DNA of 47,665 bases from Bacteroidales bacterium (GCA_030618905.1 JAUXCL010000002.1:1-47665), one strand, 5' to 3'. Counted from the stretch's first letter, positions 41,201 through 47,665 are shown. The notes: generated from the letters alone by a model not told the origin. Numbers and translations: made by a program.

Positions 41201-41333
41201 CTATGTTTTCGAATATCCGCTTATTGCCTCACAGAAAGGCGATTTTTCCAATGGCATAACGACAATCCAGTGCATGTATGCACCGGAGTTTGGGAGTCAT
41301 TCTGAAGGGGTGCGGATTAGCGTAATACCATAA
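35253..41333 (+). CDS. Alpha-2-macroglobulin-family protein (2026 aa), thioester-less
   Basis: It has a signal peptide without a lipobox Cys and a ~390-aa helical N-terminal region, followed by many beta-rich MG-like segments. A TED-like helical region contains MDYPYESSDQIFS (nt 39675-39698) where the YPYGCxEQ thioester box would sit. The C-terminal receptor-binding-like domain reads GDKVIVRVELRVDRDMEYVHMKD. The whole protein has only four Cys, and none lies in a CxEQ context. Confidence 0.8.
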   Translation: MKAKFFFLASLLGILMLGAGFTSNHGLQQSAVVIIDGDDYEKLWEEVQALTEKGLPKSALEIVDNIYAKAKQENNAPQFIKAVIYQMRLHSDIEENYFVKAIHKLNTELSGANEPMKQVLHSVLAEMYMAYYQANRYKLLDRSITIAYDPEDIETWDIKKIMQAVIKHYLASLEHQDLLKDITLEDFDPILETEKGSRQFRPTLYDFLAHRAADYFMQDENSLTQPANRFEINKIAYMDAAPDFVNVEIATADSLSLKFYALEILQGLIRFHIPDKNPGALIDVDVKRLQFVRSNAILEDKDSLYLDALTFLHDTYGDFESSTEVSYHIARFYYDRGQLYNPLESDKYKWDVKKAYELIEAAIKKFPDAFGTANCKDLKTTILKKAISITTHYANIPSRAFPGLLSYKNVPGTYFRVFPLDYREDKELKQNFRREDLVRQYLKHSPVKEWKQELVDDGDFQNHKVEIRLPELPFGYYIILASSNKDFSFENGVLGYAGFWCSNLSYISQRRDDGSVDFYVLDREKGSAMKDVHIQTYYQQYDYNQRKYKTITGDQFTSDETGLFNIPTVSGQANRLMLEFTYHDDKFVTPNYFYQQRTGHKEVRKTAKTFFFTDRAIYRPGQTVYFKGIVLEKEADQYSILKDHQTKVAFNDVNGQQIAELNFSTNEFGSFKGSFVAPIGVLTGSMRIRNESGSISISVEEYRRPKFEVVFEPVKGAYKLNEQLRIKGKALAYSGNSIDHANVKYRVVRRAMFPFWRYPWLDFYPVSAEMEIVNGTTQTDNDGSFSIDFTAIPDKSLNRKFKPAFNYTIYADVTDINGETHSGQQNVAVGYNALLLDINIPETLNIDEAGEFLIRSSNLNGVFEPTDVSVTISSLQQPERLIREREWTRPDVFLLSEEEFIREFPNDAYGNEDDQTKWKRAEVILEQSFHTSKDSILDFNDITDLKQGDYVISLRAKDKFGQEVELEKYFTAFSTASKSVPVHAFNWFSMLKSDAEPGEEVEFLIGTKEKHVHIIYEVTKGKELLNRFHFTLSNEQKLFKLPVLEAYRGNIGISLTFISKNRSYQNKAIIRVPHSDKELDISFASFRNKLVPGQEEEWQIKITDKKGELAAAELMAGMYDASLDAFKANRWAFSLYRSLNQFSTWNINDAFLTSTSHMHVFPVVHSTGPRFHTYDRLNWFGLRMYHYPQIMHKSGGQRLDVMQTMTSQPGEPTMDGGGNQEKEEIPDEEIAIPATAQAASQFSGIQIRRDFRETAFFYPDLRTDSEGNVIIRFTVPETMTRWRMMGLAYTTDLKVGQIEKELITQKQLMVVPNPPRFFRQGDKMAFSSKIVNLSDKTLIGEVDLEFFDAITMQAVHILDTDKPVKQSFEVSKGMSKAVEWAISIPDHLYALTYRIVARAGQYSDGEEMAIPVLTNRMLVTESLPLPISGKGSKEFKFDKLINYKSSTARNFKLTLEFTSNPAWYAVQALPYLMDYPYESSDQIFSRYYANSIASHIANSNPRIKRVFESWKHLTPDALLSNLEKNQELKSVILQETPWVLQAQSESERKQRIGLLFDLNHMANSLAGALAKLKSKQLPNGGWPWFEGMHDSRYITQHIVTGFGHLDHLGVSSIRDDRGTWNMITRAILYLDDRIREDFEKIKEKYPETLDEQHIGQLQIQYLYARTYFLEDIVINKRNEEAFIYFREQAKLYWLKQSKYMQGMIALALNRIGEKSIPPVIIASLKEHALYDNEMGMYWKSPRGYFWYQAPIERQALLIEAFDEVAHDMKSVDKMKMWLLKQKQTHDWKTSKATTEACYALLLRGSDLLASDELVDITIGKEKIDPKALEGVQVEAGTGYFQTSWNGKEIKSNMGNIQLTKNDEGIAWGAVYWQYFEDLDKITPHETPLSIKKELFVEKNTASGPVIEAIPDGGSIQLGDKVIVRVELRVDRDMEYVHMKDMRAAALEPVNVLSGYRYQGGLGYYESTGDAATNFFFGYLRKGTYVFEYPLIASQKGDFSNGITTIQCMYAPEFGSHSEGVRISVIP

Positions 41334-41344
41334 TATCAAAGTAT

Positions 41345-41484
41345 CATAGTACCATAGTACCATAGGGCGATATATGGAATGTCGTAGTTTCGTACTATGA
41401 TACTTTGTGTACTATGATATTCAGTATACTATCACGCCATAGAGCGATATATGGAATGTCGTAGTCTTGTACTATGGTACTATG
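41345..41484. repeat. Repeat unit A (140 bp): CATAGTAC x2.5 left end, two 34-nt sub-repeats 77 nt apart, GTACTATG x2 right end
   Basis: Read directly from the sequence. The termini CATAGTACCATAGTAC and GTACTATGGTACTATG are exact reverse complements. Sub-repeats (G/A)GCGATATATGGAATGTCGTAGT.T.GTACTATG start at 41366 and 41443. The unit begins 12 nt after the A2M stop, and the stop codon of the four-helix-bundle ORF lies inside its right end. Confidence 0.95.
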
Positions 41485-41839
41485 AATTCTGATTTTTCCT
41501 ACAGGTTTGTATCGTCTTATAGAATATTGCAATAAGCTCATCAGATTCTTTTATTATCTGAGAGACCAATTCCTTATTCCGACAAAGATTCTTTTCTGAT
41601 ATTATTCTCAGGTTGATTATAGTTTCTCGTAATTCCTTTTGGATAATACTTGCTTTGTGTAAAAAATCTTTCCGTGATTGTGCTCCTTGCAACTCACCAA
41701 AATTAAGCGAGACTGATGTTCCAGACCTGATAACCTGGTTGGCAAGGTGACTTCCCATAAAATTTTTTTGCATTCCCTCAGCAATATCCAGGACATTGAC
41801 AGAATAAGCTATAATTCTGGATTCTAATTCTTTTCTCAT
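41480..41839 (-). CDS. Four-helix-bundle protein (23S rRNA intervening-sequence protein / Avd-like family, PF05635-type)
   Basis: 119 aa. The segments ANQVIRSGTSVSLNFGELQGAQSRKDFLHKASIIQKELRETIINLRII fit the family pattern (QlxRSatSIgaNiaEG...s.kDf.hfl.iA.gS..E....l.l). Confidence 0.75.
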   Translation of the reverse strand: MRKELESRIIAYSVNVLDIAEGMQKNFMGSHLANQVIRSGTSVSLNFGELQGAQSRKDFLHKASIIQKELRETIINLRIISEKNLCRNKELVSQIIKESDELIAIFYKTIQTCRKNQNS

Positions 41840-41937
41840 TACATAGTCCTTTATATATTAATCCGGAAATAGCGTGATCGTTCCCTTGAGAAAGGCAGTT
41901 TTTTTCAAAGAAAACCATAAACACAGTACCAAAGAAG

Positions 41938-42085
41938 CATAGTACCATAGTACCATAGGGCGATATATGGAATGTCGTAGTCTTGTACTATGATACTTTG
42001 CGTACTATGATATTCAGTATACTATCACGCCATAAGGCGATATATGGAATGTCGTAGTCTCGTACTATGGTACTATGGTACTATG
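41938..42085. repeat. Repeat unit B (148 bp): direct repeat of unit A (6 mismatches over 140 nt) plus one extra GTACTATG
   Basis: Aligned by eye to unit A at an offset of 593 nt. Sub-repeats start at 41959 and 42036. The unit ends 5 nt before the GNAT stop codon (42091-42093). Confidence 0.95.
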
Positions 42086-42090
42086 GTAAT

Positions 42091-42519
42091 CTATATATCC
42101 GGAAAGCTCCGCTTCGTCAGGTAACGCATCCCTTTGAACTCAATGTATCCGAGCTTTTGAAATACCTCTAATGACGATGAGTTGTAATCTTCGATCATGC
42201 AGGCGAAGATGCCGATGCCTCGTTGTTCAAGCATTTCTTCGGCATATTCGACCAGTGCGCGGCCAATACCTTTATTTCTGTAATCGGGAAGAACAGTGAG
42301 GCGGTTGATCCAGCCCTTGCGGCCATCATGGGTGGTGAGGATGGTACCGGCGGGTTGTGCATCTATCTCAGCAACAATGAATAAACCATTTCCACCCTGC
42401 ATTTCCTTTGCAATGCTTTCCCTGGAATCGCGGCCCAAAGGCTTATAGGGAAGTCCTGCCTGCTCCCAGAGGCTGACAAGCAGGTCATAATCATCTATTG
42501 TACATATGCGGAAGGTCAT
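42091..42519 (-). CDS. GNAT-family N-acetyltransferase (YpeA-like)
   Basis: 142 aa from ATG 42519 (MTFRICTIDDYD...). The ORF-track start at 42555 adds 12 hydrophobic residues. It has the acetyl-CoA motif A (RNKGIGRALVEYAE), and its size and pattern resemble E. coli YpeA. Confidence 0.8.
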   Translation of the reverse strand: MTFRICTIDDYDLLVSLWEQAGLPYKPLGRDSRESIAKEMQGGNGLFIVAEIDAQPAGTILTTHDGRKGWINRLTVLPDYRNKGIGRALVEYAEEMLEQRGIGIFACMIEDYNSSSLEVFQKLGYIEFKGMRYLTKRSFPDI

Positions 42520-42578
42520 GATTATTCTTTTAAAGATTATGAGGCTAAAATACACGAAAATTTCTACTTTAGCTTTGA

Positions 42579-43580
42579 ATGAAGCACTACACCATACCGG
42601 TTTTTATTCCTGAACTGGCCTGCCCGTTCCAGTGTATTTACTGTGATCAGCATAAGATCTCGGGAAAAGGTGCTGTTCCGGGTAAAGAGCAAGTCCTGCA
42701 AAGTATCAAAGAGCATCTTGCCACCATTCCCAAAAAGAAACGAAAGGTGGAGCTGGGCTTTTTTGGAGGTAATTTCACCGGATTGCCATTGGATGAACAG
42801 GAAGCATTTCTGTCATTGGCACAGCCATTTATGGAAAATGGACAAATTAATGGCATTCGCCTTTCCACACGCCCGGATTATATCAATGATGAGGTATTGG
42901 AAATGCTCGCCCGCTATGGTGTTGCCACAATAGAGCTGGGTGCTCAAAGTATGGATGATGAAGTGCTGAAATTATCTGCAAGAGGGCATACTGTATCCGA
43001 TGTAATCTCTGCTTCCCGGCATATTAAAAATAAAGGTTTCCGTCTTGGTCTTCAGATGATGCTGGGTTTGCCGGGGGATACTCTTCAAAAGGCCAGGCAC
43101 ACAGCTCAAAGTATTGCAGATCTTGGTGCACACGAAACACGCATTTACCCTACCCTGGTTATCAAAGGGACACAGCTTGAAATCATGTACCGGGAAGGAG
43201 CGTATGAGCCCCTTTCACTGGAAGAAGCCATACAATGGACCAAAGAAGTGCTGAAGATATTTGAGGCATCCGGTGTGAAGGTGTTGAGGACAGGGCTCCA
43301 TCCATCCGACGGATTGCTGGATGGGCAAGATCTAATTGCCGGGCCTTTTCATCAATCTTTCAAGGAGCTGGTTTTAACAGAGATCTGGTATGAGCAACTG
43401 AAAAGACTCATACACTCCAATGCACGGAAGATTCATATTTTCGTGCCACCTAAAGAATTGAACTGGGCGATTGGCTATGAGGCCAAAAACAAGAAATACT
43501 TACTCGAACATTTTGAATATGTAGTTTTCCAGACTGATGCATCATTAAGCGGAAGGAAATTTCATGCTGATTATTATTGA
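42579..43580 (+). CDS. Radical SAM protein, Elp3-like N-terminal/core domain without an acetyltransferase domain
   Basis: 333 aa with IPVFIPELACPFQCIYCDQ (CX3CX2C) at the extreme N-terminus, then the GGNFTG, STRPDY and ELGAQS motifs of the ELP3/HemN-like radical SAM core. Confidence 0.8.
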   Translation: MKHYTIPVFIPELACPFQCIYCDQHKISGKGAVPGKEQVLQSIKEHLATIPKKKRKVELGFFGGNFTGLPLDEQEAFLSLAQPFMENGQINGIRLSTRPDYINDEVLEMLARYGVATIELGAQSMDDEVLKLSARGHTVSDVISASRHIKNKGFRLGLQMMLGLPGDTLQKARHTAQSIADLGAHETRIYPTLVIKGTQLEIMYREGAYEPLSLEEAIQWTKEVLKIFEASGVKVLRTGLHPSDGLLDGQDLIAGPFHQSFKELVLTEIWYEQLKRLIHSNARKIHIFVPPKELNWAIGYEAKNKKYLLEHFEYVVFQTDASLSGRKFHADYY

Positions 43581-44247
43581 TCACAAAATACCGGAAGCGG
43601 CAAAAAAGAAACTTGCTCAATTTGGAGAGCTCCTGGAATTGGAAACCCATGGCATTACCTATGATGCCATCTCAGGTCATCCCGACATCTTTTTTTGTAA
43701 GCCCCCGGAAGGCCTGATCGTGGCTCCGAACACTCCTGGCAGAATTATAGAGAAACTCCGGGCCCTTCAACTTTCATTTCAATTCGGTAAAAATGACGTG
43801 GATATTCAATACCCCGGAAGTGCAATTTATAATGCAGTGGTCACCAACAGTTTTTGTATTCACAATATGCAGATCACCGATCCTGTAATATTAACAGCCA
43901 CAGAATCATGTGTTAAAATTGATGTGAAACAGGGGTATGTCAGATGTAATGTGTTAGCCCTGAAAAATGATCATTTTATTGTATCTGACCCGGGGATCTT
44001 TCAGGCATTGCGAGACCAAAACCTCGATGCATGCCTGGTCAATCCCTCTGATGTCAAACTCCCCGGGTTCAGGCATGGTTTTTTTGGCGGGGCCTGTGGG
44101 GTTCATGAGGACAAGGTCTTCATTATCGGATCATTATCCTGTTTCGGTGATGGTGGAAAAATCAGGAACTATCTTGAAGAACTCGACTATGAGCTTATTG
44201 AATTATATGATGGACCACTTTTTGATGGGGGCAGCATCATGTTTTAA
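43564..44247 (+). CDS. Hypothetical protein, possibly a guanidino-group-modifying-enzyme (GME)-fold / DUF6873-like protein
   Basis: 227 aa whose ATG overlaps the last 17 nt of the radical SAM gene. The N-terminal pattern IIDHKIPEAAKKKL...YDAISGHPDIFF and the later YPGSAIYNAV resemble my recollection of the DUF6873 family. The family assignment is tentative, but the coding call is solid (long ORF, tight coupling). Confidence 0.55.
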   Translation: MLIIIDHKIPEAAKKKLAQFGELLELETHGITYDAISGHPDIFFCKPPEGLIVAPNTPGRIIEKLRALQLSFQFGKNDVDIQYPGSAIYNAVVTNSFCIHNMQITDPVILTATESCVKIDVKQGYVRCNVLALKNDHFIVSDPGIFQALRDQNLDACLVNPSDVKLPGFRHGFFGGACGVHEDKVFIIGSLSCFGDGGKIRNYLEELDYELIELYDGPLFDGGSIMF

Positions 44248-44289
44248 AAATGTCTAATTTCGCATCTTAAATTAAAATCACATACTTTC

Positions 44290-46035
44290 ATGTTAAGAAC
44301 TCATACTTGCGGAGAACTAAGGACTTCAAACATAGGTGCAAACGTTACCCTTTCCGGGTGGGTACAAAAGTCGAGGGACCTGGGGGGAATGACATTTATT
44401 GACCTGCGCGACCGTTACGGTATTACCCAGTTGGTATTCAACATGGATACCAATGCAGATTTATGCAATGAAGCACGTAAGCTGGGAAGGGAATTCGTGA
44501 TCCAGGCCATCGGTAAAGTGGCAGAGAGAAGTAATAAAAACAAGAATATTCCAACCGGTGATATAGAAATTATCATGGATTCCGTTCAGGTACTCAACCC
44601 TTCCAAATTGCCTCCGTTCACTATTGAGAATGAGACTGATGGTGGTGAGGAATTACGGATGAAATACCGTTACCTGGATCTGCGCAGAAATCCATTGAAG
44701 GAAAATATGCTGCTCAGGCACCGTATGGCCATCGAGACCCGCAAGTATTTTGATGAAATAGGGTTTATCGAAATTGAGACCCCATACCTCATCAAATCAA
44801 CTCCTGAGGGTGCTCGCGATTTCGTGGTACCATCCAGAATGAATGAAGGTGAATTTTACGCTTTGCCTCAATCACCGCAAACCTTCAAACAATTGCTCAT
44901 GGTAGCTGGTTATGATAAATACTATCAGCTGGTGAAATGTTTCCGGGATGAAGACCTGCGTGCCGACAGGCAACCGGAGTTTACACAGATCGATTGTGAG
45001 ATGTCATTTGTTGATCAGGAGGATGTATTAAACACCTTTGAAGGGCTTGCAAAACACCTGTTTAAGGTCATCAAAAATGTGGAAGTAGATGATTTTCCAA
45101 GGATGCCTTATGACGAGGCCATGAAATATTACGGATCTGACAAGCCAGACCTGCGTTTTGAGATGAAATTTGTGGAATTGAATGAGCTGGCAAAAGGTAA
45201 GGGATTTATGGTATTCGACAGCGCTGAGCTGCTTGTGGGCATCAATGCTGAAGGATGCGCTGATTATTCCCGTAAACAACTGGATGCACTTACAGATTTT
45301 GTCAGGCGCCCACAGGTGGGAGCCAAAGGGCTGGTCTATGTAAAATATAATGAAGATGGCAGTTTTAAATCTTCAGTCGACAAATTCTTCGACCAGGCTG
45401 CACTCAAGACATGGGCCGATGCTTTTAATGCAAAACCCGGCGATTTACTGCTGATCTTAGCTGGCGATGTTGCCCCTACACGCTTCGCCCTAAGCTCTTT
45501 ACGCCTTGAAATGGGAGACCGTCTTGAGATCAAAGACCCCAATGTTTTCAAACCACTCTGGGTAGTTGACTTCCCATTGCTGGAGTGGAATGATGATTCA
45601 CAAAGGTATCATGCCATGCACCATCCCTTTACTTCCCCCAAATTGGAAGATGTTACAATACTTGACTCTGATCCCGGTAAAGTCAGGGCCAATGCTTATG
45701 ATCTGGTGATTAACGGCGTGGAGATCGGTGGCGGCTCTATCCGGATCCATAACCGGGAGATGCAGAAAAAGATGTTCCAGATACTTGGATTTACGGATGA
45801 AGAAGCCCAGTCCCAGTTTGGTTTCCTGATGAATGCTTTCGAATTTGGCGCACCTCCCCATGGAGGGGTTGCTTTCGGTTTTGACCGTTGGGTGGCGCTA
45901 TTCGGAGGGCAGGAATCCATCCGTGAAGTAATTGCCTTCCCGAAAAACAATGCCGGCCGAGATGTCATGATCGACTCCCCATCAGTAATCAGCAAAGATC
46001 AATTAGATGAGCTAAAGCTATCAATTAAAAAATAG
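44290..46035 (+). CDS. aspS: Aspartate--tRNA ligase
   Basis: 581 aa starting [11 protein letters not shown], with an OB-fold N-domain. The class II motifs are [26 protein letters not shown] and GVAFGFDRW. Confidence 0.96.
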   Translation: MLRTHTCGELRTSNIGANVTLSGWVQKSRDLGGMTFIDLRDRYGITQLVFNMDTNADLCNEARKLGREFVIQAIGKVAERSNKNKNIPTGDIEIIMDSVQVLNPSKLPPFTIENETDGGEELRMKYRYLDLRRNPLKENMLLRHRMAIETRKYFDEIGFIEIETPYLIKSTPEGARDFVVPSRMNEGEFYALPQSPQTFKQLLMVAGYDKYYQLVKCFRDEDLRADRQPEFTQIDCEMSFVDQEDVLNTFEGLAKHLFKVIKNVEVDDFPRMPYDEAMKYYGSDKPDLRFEMKFVELNELAKGKGFMVFDSAELLVGINAEGCADYSRKQLDALTDFVRRPQVGAKGLVYVKYNEDGSFKSSVDKFFDQAALKTWADAFNAKPGDLLLILAGDVAPTRFALSSLRLEMGDRLEIKDPNVFKPLWVVDFPLLEWNDDSQRYHAMHHPFTSPKLEDVTILDSDPGKVRANAYDLVINGVEIGGGSIRIHNREMQKKMFQILGFTDEEAQSQFGFLMNAFEFGAPPHGGVAFGFDRWVALFGGQESIREVIAFPKNNAGRDVMIDSPSVISKDQLDELKLSIKK

Positions 46036-46037
46036 TT

Positions 46038-47665
46038 CTACTCTACCTCATCCAACTGTTTCAGCATAACATCCACAGCTTTTTCCAGCTGTTCATCCCT
46101 GCCGGTTACGACAATGGCAGGATCCTGGGAAACCTTATAATCCGGTTCAAGCTGGAGGTTCTCCAGGTAATTGCCATCTGCATCCTTTGTACCGATCTGT
46201 GGAATACCAAAAACCACAGTATTGTCTTGTAGCGCTTCCCACCACACGGCAGTCATAGTGCCAGGAACCGGCATTCCCACCAGTTCGCCAACTTCCAATG
46301 TCTTATAAGCATATGGGAATCCGTGGGCATCAGAATAATTGCTTTCACTGATCAATACGATAGAAGGTTTGATCCACTTGTTCATGGGCTCCCAGCCATA
46401 ATGGGTACCTCGTGGATAAAAATCGATATACTTTTTACCATCGAGCATGGTAACCAGGTCATCATGCAACCATCCACCGCCATTGAAACGGGTATCAACG
46501 ATCAGGGCTTCTTTTTGGAAGTTCTCTCCCAACACTTTGGAATAGAATTCACGATAACTGGCACTGTTCATGCCCCTTACATGTACGTATCCGATCCTGC
46601 CATCAGACAACTCCTCGGTCAGCTTTTCCATGTTATCAACCCAGCGCTCGTACAACAATTGATATTCTTGTCCGCGATTGATGGGTTTCACAGTGACATC
46701 CCACCTTTTATTATCAACCGGATCATAGATGCTTAATAAGATTGGTTTCCCACTTTTATGGTTAAGCAAAGCAGCATAATCCAAATCTGCGCCAATATCA
46801 ACATTGTCAATCTTCTCAATAATATCACCAGCTTTAATATTGACTTCGGCTTTATCCAATGGACCTTTATTAATGATCTCAAGGACCCTTAAGCCATCTC
46901 CATCATAATCATTATCATAAAAGGCCCCCAGGCTGGCAGTTTGGTCGGCGGTCTCGTTTTTGGGCCGGTATCCTGCGCCCGTATGGGAGGCATTCAATTC
47001 ACCGAGCATCTCGCTCAGCATCTCGGTAAAATCAAAGTTATTATTGATATACGGAAGGAACTTGCTGTAATCAGCTTTATAATAATCCCAATCCACACCA
47101 TGCAGTTCAGGATCATAGAATTTCTTATCCACCTGTCGCCAGACATGCTCAAACATATATGCCCTTTCCTCCTGTTTGTTCAGGTAGAACTCTGCCATAT
47201 AAGCCACATCTTTCTTTTTGTTATCCTTAATGGTGACCCTGCTGATTTGTCCATCACTGAAGATATAGAGGTTCTCCCCTTTCTTGTCCATGATCATCCC
47301 TCCCCCCTTGCCATTTAGCTTTAAGACCAGTTTAGTCTCTTTCTTAAGGAGATCATTCATCCACAGGTCAAAACCTTTCTCAAAACGGGCCAGGTAATAC
47401 AATTTCTTACCATCGGGTGTAAGGACATAATCTGCCAGGGAAGAAGAATGAATGGTGAGCTTGACTTTGCGGTCCTCAAGGCCATCAAGTTCAAATTCAA
47501 TGGGCTCAATTTTTTCTTCCTCTTTTTCTTCATCCCCCTCTTCTTTTTTATCTTTATCATTTTGTCTTTTATCTTTACCATTATCCTTATCCTTCTTCTC
47601 CTTTTCTTCCAATAACTTCAGCTCTTCTTCATTCAGGCTAAACCTGTCGAAGGCCTCCCGGGTAA
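46038..47665 (-). CDS. S41-family peptidase, tricorn-protease-homologue type; C-terminal ~540 codons only, with the 5' end outside the window
   Basis: The frame stays open upstream of the ORF-track TTG start to the window edge (TREAFDRFSLNEEELKLLEEKEK...). It has a PDZ-like segment (GLRVLEIINKGPLDKAEVNIKAGDIIEKIDN) and an S41 catalytic region (VDTRFNGGGW...SESNYSDAHGFPY). Confidence 0.8.
   Translation of the reverse strand, partial: TREAFDRFSLNEEELKLLEEKEKKDKDNGKDKRQNDKDKKEEGDEEKEEEKIEPIEFELDGLEDRKVKLTIHSSSLADYVLTPDGKKLYYLARFEKGFDLWMNDLLKKETKLVLKLNGKGGGMIMDKKGENLYIFSDGQISRVTIKDNKKKDVAYMAEFYLNKQEERAYMFEHVWRQVDKKFYDPELHGVDWDYYKADYSKFLPYINNNFDFTEMLSEMLGELNASHTGAGYRPKNETADQTASLGAFYDNDYDGDGLRVLEIINKGPLDKAEVNIKAGDIIEKIDNVDIGADLDYAALLNHKSGKPILLSIYDPVDNKRWDVTVKPINRGQEYQLLYERWVDNMEKLTEELSDGRIGYVHVRGMNSASYREFYSKVLGENFQKEALIVDTRFNGGGWLHDDLVTMLDGKKYIDFYPRGTHYGWEPMNKWIKPSIVLISESNYSDAHGFPYAYKTLEVGELVGMPVPGTMTAVWWEALQDNTVVFGIPQIGTKDADGNYLENLQLEPDYKVSQDPAIVVTGRDEQLEKAVDVMLKQLDEVE

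Noticed and set aside
41480-41839. Possibility that the Avd-like four-helix-bundle ORF marks a diversity-generating retroelement.
   Set aside because: The window has no reverse transcriptase ORF. I found no template/variable repeat pair with adenine-specific differences. The flanking repeats differ at C/T and A/G positions without an A-mutagenesis pattern.
41366-42069. Possibility that the four 34-nt sub-repeats form a CRISPR array.
   Set aside because: There are only 2+2 copies. The 'spacers' within units A and B are the same sequence as each other, the array is interrupted by a protein-coding gene, and no cas genes are in the window.
42091-43580. A 'split Elp3' idea, in which the divergent GNAT supplies the KAT domain missing from the Elp3-like radical SAM protein.
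   Set aside because: The GNAT looks like a generic YpeA-type 142-aa acetyltransferase. It is on the opposite strand, and its 3' end abuts the repeat cassette. Nothing in the sequence ties it to the radical SAM gene beyond proximity. I kept it only as context in the radical SAM finding.

Overview
The window is a compact, almost fully coding chromosomal segment that looks like Bacteroidota. Supporting signs are a T9SS C-terminal sorting domain, DUF3098 and DUF3108 genes, an IPExxxVDY gene after rnc, atpDC standing apart from the rest of the atp genes, TAnnTTTG-type promoter boxes, and the ftsX-DUF3098-uppP-truB-queA-ispD gene order. I call 40 protein-coding genes, and the two at the window edges are truncated. 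I see no rRNA, tRNA, CRISPR array, transposase, integrase or recognisable defence genes.

Most of the content is housekeeping:
- tRNA modification: tsaB, miaB, queA, truB.
- Aminoacyl-tRNA synthetases: leuS, aspS.
- Fatty-acid and RNA processing: acpP-fabF-rnc.
- Central metabolism and energy: pgi, purN, atpDC, ppa, ispD.
- DNA and envelope: topA, ruvC, uppP, ftsX.
- Also a TolC/HlyD pair, an OmpR-type two-component system, a T9SS-secreted M1 aminopeptidase, and a 2026-aa alpha-2-macroglobulin-family protein with no thioester motif.

The only stretch that looks accessory is about 41.3-44.3 kb.
- A 119-aa four-helix-bundle ORF (23S-rRNA-IVS / Avd-like family) sits between two near-identical direct repeats of about 140 bp. 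The repeats carry their own inverted termini and 34-nt sub-repeats, and the cassette fills the whole spacer between two convergent genes.
- Next to it are a YpeA-like GNAT gene and a translationally coupled pair just upstream of aspS. The pair is an Elp3-like radical SAM protein that lacks the acetyltransferase domain, plus an uncharacterised 227-aa protein.

Smaller signals:
- A promoter-plus-terminator unit in the divergent region upstream of pgi, which could be an sRNA or an attenuating leader.
- Four 10-bp-phased TTAAC repeats next to the two-component operon.
- A GC-rich hairpin and G-quadruplex island between miaB and topA.
- An 11-mer from that island that also brackets an in-frame GC-rich segment inside a glycosyltransferase gene.
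- Heptamer tandem arrays between atpD and ppa.
- An arginase-fold protein with three of six metal ligands substituted.

I do not see a clear multi-gene novel system. The leads above are candidates only. All family assignments come from reading motifs by eye, not from database searches.
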